Below, in pieces: positions 58,644-64,000 of a DNA stretch of 64,000 nucleotides (the stretch's first letter is position 1; each line of letters begins with the position of its first letter). The stretch comes from an uncultured Bacteriovoracaceae bacterium (GTDB taxonomy: Bacteria; Bdellovibrionota; UBA2428), in contig CAZWNW010000004.1 of assembly GCA_964636255.1 (NCBI GenBank), positions 114,076-178,075 of the forward strand. The letters run 5' to 3'. A program made the position numbers and the translations under genes. The notes under the pieces are model-generated. The model had not been told where the DNA came from. It ran no database searches and was given only the letters and a program-made list of their open reading frames with translations.

Positions 58644-59969
58644 ATGATTCAACTCAAAACAGCAGTACCCGGCCCGAAAAGTAAATCCTTGATGGAGCAA
58701 AGACGAAAGGAAGTGGCTCGCGGCCCCTTTCACGTGACACCCATTTTTGTTCAAAGAGCGTCGGGCGCCATGATTGAAGATGTCGACGGAAATCATTTCA
58801 TAGATTTTGCCAGTGGCATCGGTGTCGCCAATACCGGCCACTGTCCGGAATCCTTGGTGAAAGCGATTCAAGATCAAGCAAGCCAGTTCATTCACACTAG
58901 CTTCAACGTTCTACCGTACAGTGGATATGTAGAGGTCTGTGAGAAACTAAATCGCGCGGCTCCGGGTGATTTCGAGAAAAAATCCTTCTTAGTTAATTCA
59001 GGTGCCGAAGCCGTTGAGAATGCCGTTAAGATCGCACGCGCCCACACCAAACGCCAAGCGGTCGTGTGTTTTGACCACGCCTATCATGGACGTACCTACA
59101 TGGCGATGACACTGACCTCCAAAGCCAAACCCTATCGCTACGAGTTTGGACCTTACAATTCGGACGTCTACCGCGCGCCTTTCCCTTACCACTATCGATC
59201 CGAAACTCAGGATCCCGATCAGCTTGTTGAAAAATGTTTTCAACAATTCGAAGAATTAGTGAATGTCCGCATTGGCGCCTCGCAAGTAGCTGCCGTCATC
59301 ATCGAACCTGTTCAGGGCGAAGGCGGATTCCTGGTCACACCAAAAACCTTCATGGAAAAACTGCGAAAATTCTGCACCCAAGAGGGTATTGTTTTGATCG
59401 CAGATGAAATTCAGAGCGGCTTTGGACGCACCGGCAGTGTCTTTGCCTGTGAACAGTTGGGCGTCGCGCCGGATCTAATCACATCTGCAAAGGGACTTGG
59501 TGGCGGCATGCCCATTAGCGCAGTTACCGGCCGCGCAGATATCATGGATGCGCCCATCGAGGGCGGCATCGGAGGCACTTTCTGCGGCAATCCGCTCTCG
59601 TGTGCGGCGGCTCTGGAGGTCTTCAAGATTTTCGAAGAAGGCAGCCTATTGGAGCATACAAAAAAAGTGACTCAGATCATGAATGCACGCTTGATGATGT
59701 GGAAGGAAACTATCCCCGCGGTCGGCGATGTTCGTGGACTTGGGCCCATGATGGCGATCGAGCTTGTAAAGGATCGAAAGACAAAGGTCCCCTACCCTGA
59801 GATTACAAAGAAGTTGACCCAACTTTCTTATGAACGAGGTGTGATTTTGATGTCAGCTGGCAGTTATTCGAACGTCATCCGCTTCCTGGTTCCACTGGTG
59901 ATTGATGAAACGACTCTGAACGAGGGATTGGATGTCGTAGAGAAAGCCCTAAAGGAACTGAGCCAGTGA
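58644..59969 (+). CDS. gabT: Class III PLP aminotransferase (4-aminobutyrate/omega-amino acid transaminase-like)
   Basis: PLP Lys in LITSAKGLGGG. DEIQSGFGRTG. Confidence 0.85.
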   Translation: MIQLKTAVPGPKSKSLMEQRRKEVARGPFHVTPIFVQRASGAMIEDVDGNHFIDFASGIGVANTGHCPESLVKAIQDQASQFIHTSFNVLPYSGYVEVCEKLNRAAPGDFEKKSFLVNSGAEAVENAVKIARAHTKRQAVVCFDHAYHGRTYMAMTLTSKAKPYRYEFGPYNSDVYRAPFPYHYRSETQDPDQLVEKCFQQFEELVNVRIGASQVAAVIIEPVQGEGGFLVTPKTFMEKLRKFCTQEGIVLIADEIQSGFGRTGSVFACEQLGVAPDLITSAKGLGGGMPISAVTGRADIMDAPIEGGIGGTFCGNPLSCAAALEVFKIFEEGSLLEHTKKVTQIMNARLMMWKETIPAVGDVRGLGPMMAIELVKDRKTKVPYPEITKKLTQLSYERGVILMSAGSYSNVIRFLVPLVIDETTLNEGLDVVEKALKELSQ

Positions 59970-61423
59970 AAGAATATGCAATCCTCATCGGCGGGCGTTT
60001 TGAGAAATCTGAAAACACTCAGACGATCAAGGCTCCCTGGAACTCGGCAGATGTGGCCAAAAGTTTTCTCGCAACCGAAGCCCAAGTTGAGAGAGCGCTT
60101 CAGTTCGCTCATGAAGCTTTTAAAGACTTTCGTCGCAGTTCCCGCTTTGCCCGCGTTGAACTGCTGAAGGAAATTTGCCAAGGCATCTCGGAACGTCGGC
60201 AAGATTTAGTCCAGGTCATTGTAGACGAAGCCGGAAAGCCTCGGAAACTTGCCGCAGCTGAGGTGGATCGTGCGCTGACAACCTTCACCCTAGCCACCGA
60301 GGAATGCAAACGCTTTGGCGGCGAATTGATTCCACTCGATTTTGAAGCCAGTGCTACAAATTTTGGTGTTGCCGAAAGTCATTGGATTGCTCGGGGCCCC
60401 GTGCTCGCGATTTCCCCATTCAACTTTCCTCTAAATCTGGTTGCGCACAAAATTGCTCCCGCCTTGGCTGTAGGGGCTTCAGTAATTTTGAAGCCCCCGC
60501 CCCAGGCCCCTGGCGCCAGCCAGATTCTCGGGGAAATTTTCCTACAGGCGATGGAGAGCTTAGAGCTAAGAAAAATTTCTCTGCCGCGAAGTCTCTTACA
60601 GATCTTTCAAGCCTCGAACGAGGTCATGCAGAAAGTCGTGAAAGATGAACGAGTGTCGATCTTAAGTTTTACAGGAAGTGACCGAGTCGGATTCTTCTTG
60701 CAACAGACGGCTGTAAAGAAAAAGGCGCTGTTGGAACTGGGCGGAAATGCTGCCGTCATCGTGAACAAGGACGCTGATCTTCTACGCGCGGCTCAACGGA
60801 TTGCCTTTGGAGCTTATGCCTACGCGGGACAAGTCTGCATTTCCGTGCAACGAATTTTTGTCGAGACTTCGATAGCTGAAGAGTTTAAGAAGCTTCTTCT
60901 TTCAGAAATATCAAAAATCAAAAGTGGCGATCCAAGTGATGCCGACGTGATCAATGGACCCATGATCGATAGCCAAAACGCAGACCGGATTGATAGCTGG
61001 GTCAAAGAAGCCACCCAGTCCGGCGGCCGACTTCTCGCAGGTGGAGAACGTATCGGCAATGTGATTCAACCGATTCTATTGGAGAATGTGCCGAAGACCG
61101 CGCGGGTTAGTTGTGAAGAAGTCTTTGGACCTGTTGCCGTTTTTTCAACTTTCAACTCGATTGATGAAGCCATTCAGTCTGTGAATGCTTCTCGCTTCGG
61201 ACTACAGGCCGGTATTTTTACGAATGACTCGAAGGTCATCCAGAAAGCAATCCAAGAGCTCGAAGTAGGCGGCATCCTCATCAACGAAATTCCCACTTAT
61301 CGCAGCGATCAGATGCCCTACGGGGGAAGCAAAGATTCCGGAATTGGACGGGAAGGCGTGCGCTATACAATGATGGAATATTGCGAACCTAAAGTCGTCG
61401 TTCGCTATCAGGCTGCCACTTGA
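59966..61423 (+). CDS. Aldehyde dehydrogenase (succinate-semialdehyde DH-like)
   Basis: ALDH fold. LELGGNAA. Catalytic Cys GQVCISVQR. GTG start overlapping the gabT stop. Confidence 0.85.
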   Translation: MKEYAILIGGRFEKSENTQTIKAPWNSADVAKSFLATEAQVERALQFAHEAFKDFRRSSRFARVELLKEICQGISERRQDLVQVIVDEAGKPRKLAAAEVDRALTTFTLATEECKRFGGELIPLDFEASATNFGVAESHWIARGPVLAISPFNFPLNLVAHKIAPALAVGASVILKPPPQAPGASQILGEIFLQAMESLELRKISLPRSLLQIFQASNEVMQKVVKDERVSILSFTGSDRVGFFLQQTAVKKKALLELGGNAAVIVNKDADLLRAAQRIAFGAYAYAGQVCISVQRIFVETSIAEEFKKLLLSEISKIKSGDPSDADVINGPMIDSQNADRIDSWVKEATQSGGRLLAGGERIGNVIQPILLENVPKTARVSCEEVFGPVAVFSTFNSIDEAIQSVNASRFGLQAGIFTNDSKVIQKAIQELEVGGILINEIPTYRSDQMPYGGSKDSGIGREGVRYTMMEYCEPKVVVRYQAAT

Positions 61424-61476
61424 TTCCCCAAGAGAGATTAAATTTTGATCTCCGTGTTCAACCTGAATATTTAGAT

Positions 61477-63624
61477 TCAATGCAGGCTTTCTAAGAGTTT
61501 ACTTCGGCGGTGTTCAAAAAGCCGTTCGGCAATCTCTAAGAGACGAGCGAATAAGCGGGGAAAGATTCCCAAAACCCGCGCAGCAAAACCACTGGCAAAA
61601 GGAAGGTCGAGCTCTAATCGAGGTTTATCATGAAGCTTCAAAAGCTCTCGGGCCACAAGCTGGGGTTCGAGCGGTTTTCCAAGAAGATTCAAGCTTGAGC
61701 CGCCGCTACGAATTTCATTCAAGAGAGACGGAGTGTTGACTCCCGCAGGGAAGATACTGGAAACTTGAATTCCCAGTGGACGTAGCTCCAATGCGAGGGC
61801 CTGGAAAAAGCCTCGCAAGCCAAACTTAGTAGCGCTGTAGACACTGCTTCCGCGCATGGGAACAAGCGCCCCTTGCGAAATGATGTTTAAGATCTTTCCG
61901 GATTTTCGTTTGACCATTTGTCGGGCCAAGGCCTGAGTGATTAGAAGCGTCGATCGGAAATTGACGTCGATTTGTGATTCCACATCCGACCACGTCAGAT
62001 CATTCAAGGTTCCCGGCTGAATGATTCCCGCGTTGTTGATGAGAAGCTCCACATGCCTACTCTCTAACAGTTTCTCGATCTGAGGGATTATGTTTCTATC
62101 TCGTAAATCACAAGGAAATACCTCGATGGCATGACCGTAATGGTCTTTCATTCTTTTCAGTCCTGCTTCGTTTTTGTCATAGAGAAAAACACGGTAACCC
62201 CGACTCAGAAGACCAGGAATGAGATCCTGTGCAATGCGGCCTGCACCTCCACTTACGACGGCCCACTTGATAGGGGGAAGCGCCTCACTCACGGGATATT
62301 GTTGAAAATATCCTGGCCGCAGTTTTCCCCAGCCCATTTCCTCAGCAAATCCGTCCAGAAGGGCTCGGTATTTCTCCATGTTGACGTAAGTTGCGTGACG
62401 ATCACTTCCGATATAGCGCACGCCTCCGCTAAGATCTTGCTGGCGAGCCGCAATTAAAAGCTGCCGAAATTTTTGACTCTGCTGTGGATCATTGGTCTCA
62501 TCCCAAATGCGACGTGCAATGATGTGAGCAATCGAATCGAAAAGCTTGAATGCGCCACCATTAGTTTCCACAAAACCCAAAAAAAATACATTGCCAAAAC
62601 GTGGATGAAAAATATTGAGGTCCAGTTTTGGGCGCCCACCCTTCCATTCGAGATCTTGCTTTTTGAGATAGGGGAGCTCGTAATTGTAACCTGTGGCATA
62701 AACGATCCGGTCGAAATCGTCTCGGCTTTGATCCTGAAAATGAACTGTCTTCCCTTCGAAACGAGCAATATCGGGGCGAACCTGAATGCTGCCGTGACGC
62801 AATTGATACAAAAGCTGCGAGTTAATTGTAGGATGGCTTTCGAGAATTTTGTGTTTTACGGGTGGCAAACCATATTTCTTGTTAGATCCCTGCAGAAATT
62901 CCAAAAGATGCTTAAAGACAAATTGGCGAACATTGAGGGGAAGCCATTCACTTTTCATCGAAAAAACATCGGTCGCTTGGCCTAAGATATGTTTCGGAAT
63001 GAAGTGATAACCGCGACGTAAACTGATCACTGTTTTTTTGGCCACACGACTGGAATCGCAGGCAATGTCACAGGCCGAATTTCCGCCTCCAACGACCAAG
63101 ACTCTTTCGCCCTTAAATTGAGACGCCTCTTTGTAACTCTTCGAATGCATAATGGCTCCAGAGAATCTGCCCGGATAATTGGGCCACTTCGGGAACCAGT
63201 TCACACCACTTGCGCAAACCAAATGCGAAAAAACCTCATCCGCACGATTGTGAAAAGAGAGCCTCCAGTCACCACCCTCTAGGCGTTCAGCCGACAGCAC
63301 CTCTGTATCGAATTGAATAGCAGGCACGAGCTTCCAACGCTCCGCAAAGTCTTTCAAGTAAGCGAAGACCTGTCGATGACTAGGATAATCCGCATAATCA
63401 TCGGGCATTGGGTGGTCCGAAAAATAGGTTGTGTGTTTCGAGGAAATTAAATGCGCCGATTCATAAATGGGGGAGTTCTCGTTGCCAATATTCCAAAGCC
63501 CCCCAAGATCGGAGTGCTTCTCAAATATTTCGTATACAATTCCCAATTTACTGAGATGCCGGGCCAGCGCCAATCCCGAAGGACCGGCCCCGATGATCGC
63601 CACCCGAATTTTCGATTTCGACAT
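61477..63624 (-). CDS. Fusion protein: N-terminal flavin-containing monooxygenase (FMO/Baeyer-Villiger-type) + C-terminal short-chain dehydrogenase/reductase
   Basis: FAD GxGxxG IRVAIIGAGPSGL. NADPH site VLVVGGGNSACD. SDR VVSGGAGRIAQDL and YSATK catalytic motif. Strong RBS GGAGG six nt before ATG 63624. The track ORF has 24 extra N-terminal codons. Confidence 0.75.
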   Translation of the reverse strand: MSKSKIRVAIIGAGPSGLALARHLSKLGIVYEIFEKHSDLGGLWNIGNENSPIYESAHLISSKHTTYFSDHPMPDDYADYPSHRQVFAYLKDFAERWKLVPAIQFDTEVLSAERLEGGDWRLSFHNRADEVFSHLVCASGVNWFPKWPNYPGRFSGAIMHSKSYKEASQFKGERVLVVGGGNSACDIACDSSRVAKKTVISLRRGYHFIPKHILGQATDVFSMKSEWLPLNVRQFVFKHLLEFLQGSNKKYGLPPVKHKILESHPTINSQLLYQLRHGSIQVRPDIARFEGKTVHFQDQSRDDFDRIVYATGYNYELPYLKKQDLEWKGGRPKLDLNIFHPRFGNVFFLGFVETNGGAFKLFDSIAHIIARRIWDETNDPQQSQKFRQLLIAARQQDLSGGVRYIGSDRHATYVNMEKYRALLDGFAEEMGWGKLRPGYFQQYPVSEALPPIKWAVVSGGAGRIAQDLIPGLLSRGYRVFLYDKNEAGLKRMKDHYGHAIEVFPCDLRDRNIIPQIEKLLESRHVELLINNAGIIQPGTLNDLTWSDVESQIDVNFRSTLLITQALARQMVKRKSGKILNIISQGALVPMRGSSVYSATKFGLRGFFQALALELRPLGIQVSSIFPAGVNTPSLLNEIRSGGSSLNLLGKPLEPQLVARELLKLHDKPRLELDLPFASGFAARVLGIFPRLFARLLEIAERLFEHRRSKLLESLH

Positions 63625-63722
63625 AATTCCTCCAAAAAAATGATAAATACTCATTTTTATAAAAATGATAAAAACTCTTTTTCTCTTTGTCGGCAAGTGG
63701 ACTTGGATTATTTCTCCCTTTC

Positions 63723-64000
63723 ATGTCAGCAGAAATACGCCGTCAGCCTATTCAAAAGCGAAGTCTTGCGAGACGAGAACGAATTCTCGCCGCCACGCAG
63801 CAGCTGCTCCGCAGAAAGGGAGTTGAGGAATTGAAGATGTCGGAGGTCGCCGAAGTTGCCCAGATTCAGATCGGCTCGCTTTACCAATATTATTCAAACA
63901 AGGGAGCGCTGCTAACGGACCTATCCCAGCTCTACTTCAATAACGCCCGAGAACAGCTTGAAGCCGCCCTGGCAAAGGTACAACGACGTGAGGAGGTTTG
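63723..64000 (+). CDS. TetR-family transcriptional regulator (3' end beyond window)
   Basis: N-terminal HTH RRERILAATQQLLRRKGVEELKMSEVAEVAQIQIGSLYQYYSNKGALL. Divergent from the FMO-SDR gene. Confidence 0.7.
   Translation, partial: MSAEIRRQPIQKRSLARRERILAATQQLLRRKGVEELKMSEVAEVAQIQIGSLYQYYSNKGALLTDLSQLYFNNAREQLEAALAKVQRREEV

Noticed and set aside
1-64000. CRISPR arrays, rRNA, IS transposases
   Set aside because: No regularly spaced direct repeats, no 16S/23S-like conserved blocks and no DDE/transposase motifs were seen in any frame.

Overview
This is a 64-kb chromosomal window, about 50% GC, from a Gram-negative bacterium. Gene content (type IV pilus retraction ATPase PilT, two PilZ receptors, a GAF-HD-GYP phosphodiesterase, many signal-peptide proteins and secreted hydrolases, RodZ) fits a Bdellovibrio-like predatory lineage (Bdellovibrionota). 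That taxonomic call is inference only.

The window contains the chromosomal replication origin. Four DnaA boxes sit about 100 bp upstream of a divergent dnaA, and dnaA is followed by a PIN-PhoH gene rather than dnaN.

Housekeeping genes present:
- uvrA, rng (RNase G) and typA/bipA.
- A complete iscS-iscU-iscA-hscB-hscA operon. It is fronted by a Cys-rich MerR-type regulator instead of IscR, and followed by an orphan nuoB-like gene.
- A comM/comF pair.
- A putrescine/GABA-type catabolic cluster (FAD oxidase, ALDH, class-III aminotransferase, ALDH).
- A GH15 glucoamylase-like gene, a PLP decarboxylase, and an SDR (short-chain dehydrogenase/reductase) fused to a flavin-containing monooxygenase (FMO) with a divergent TetR.

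There are two tRNA-Ser genes (CGA and GCU anticodons). Each is followed by a block of lineage-specific genes:
- Downstream of tRNA-Ser(CGA): a paralogous lipoprotein pair flanking an HTH protein, driven from an extremely AT-rich 200-bp region.
- Downstream of tRNA-Ser(GCU): a roughly 7-kb module encoding a 467-aa hypothetical, a TPR plus winged-helix regulator that overlaps a secreted trypsin-like protease, and three convergent secreted hypotheticals. Hairpins and palindromes flank it, and no integrase is present.

A striking small element is a perfect 34-bp inverted repeat pair flanking a 107-bp spacer (23723-23897), which looks MITE- or cruciform-like.

No CRISPR array, rRNA, transposase or integrase was recognised. 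Functional calls rest on motifs read directly from the translations. No database search was possible.
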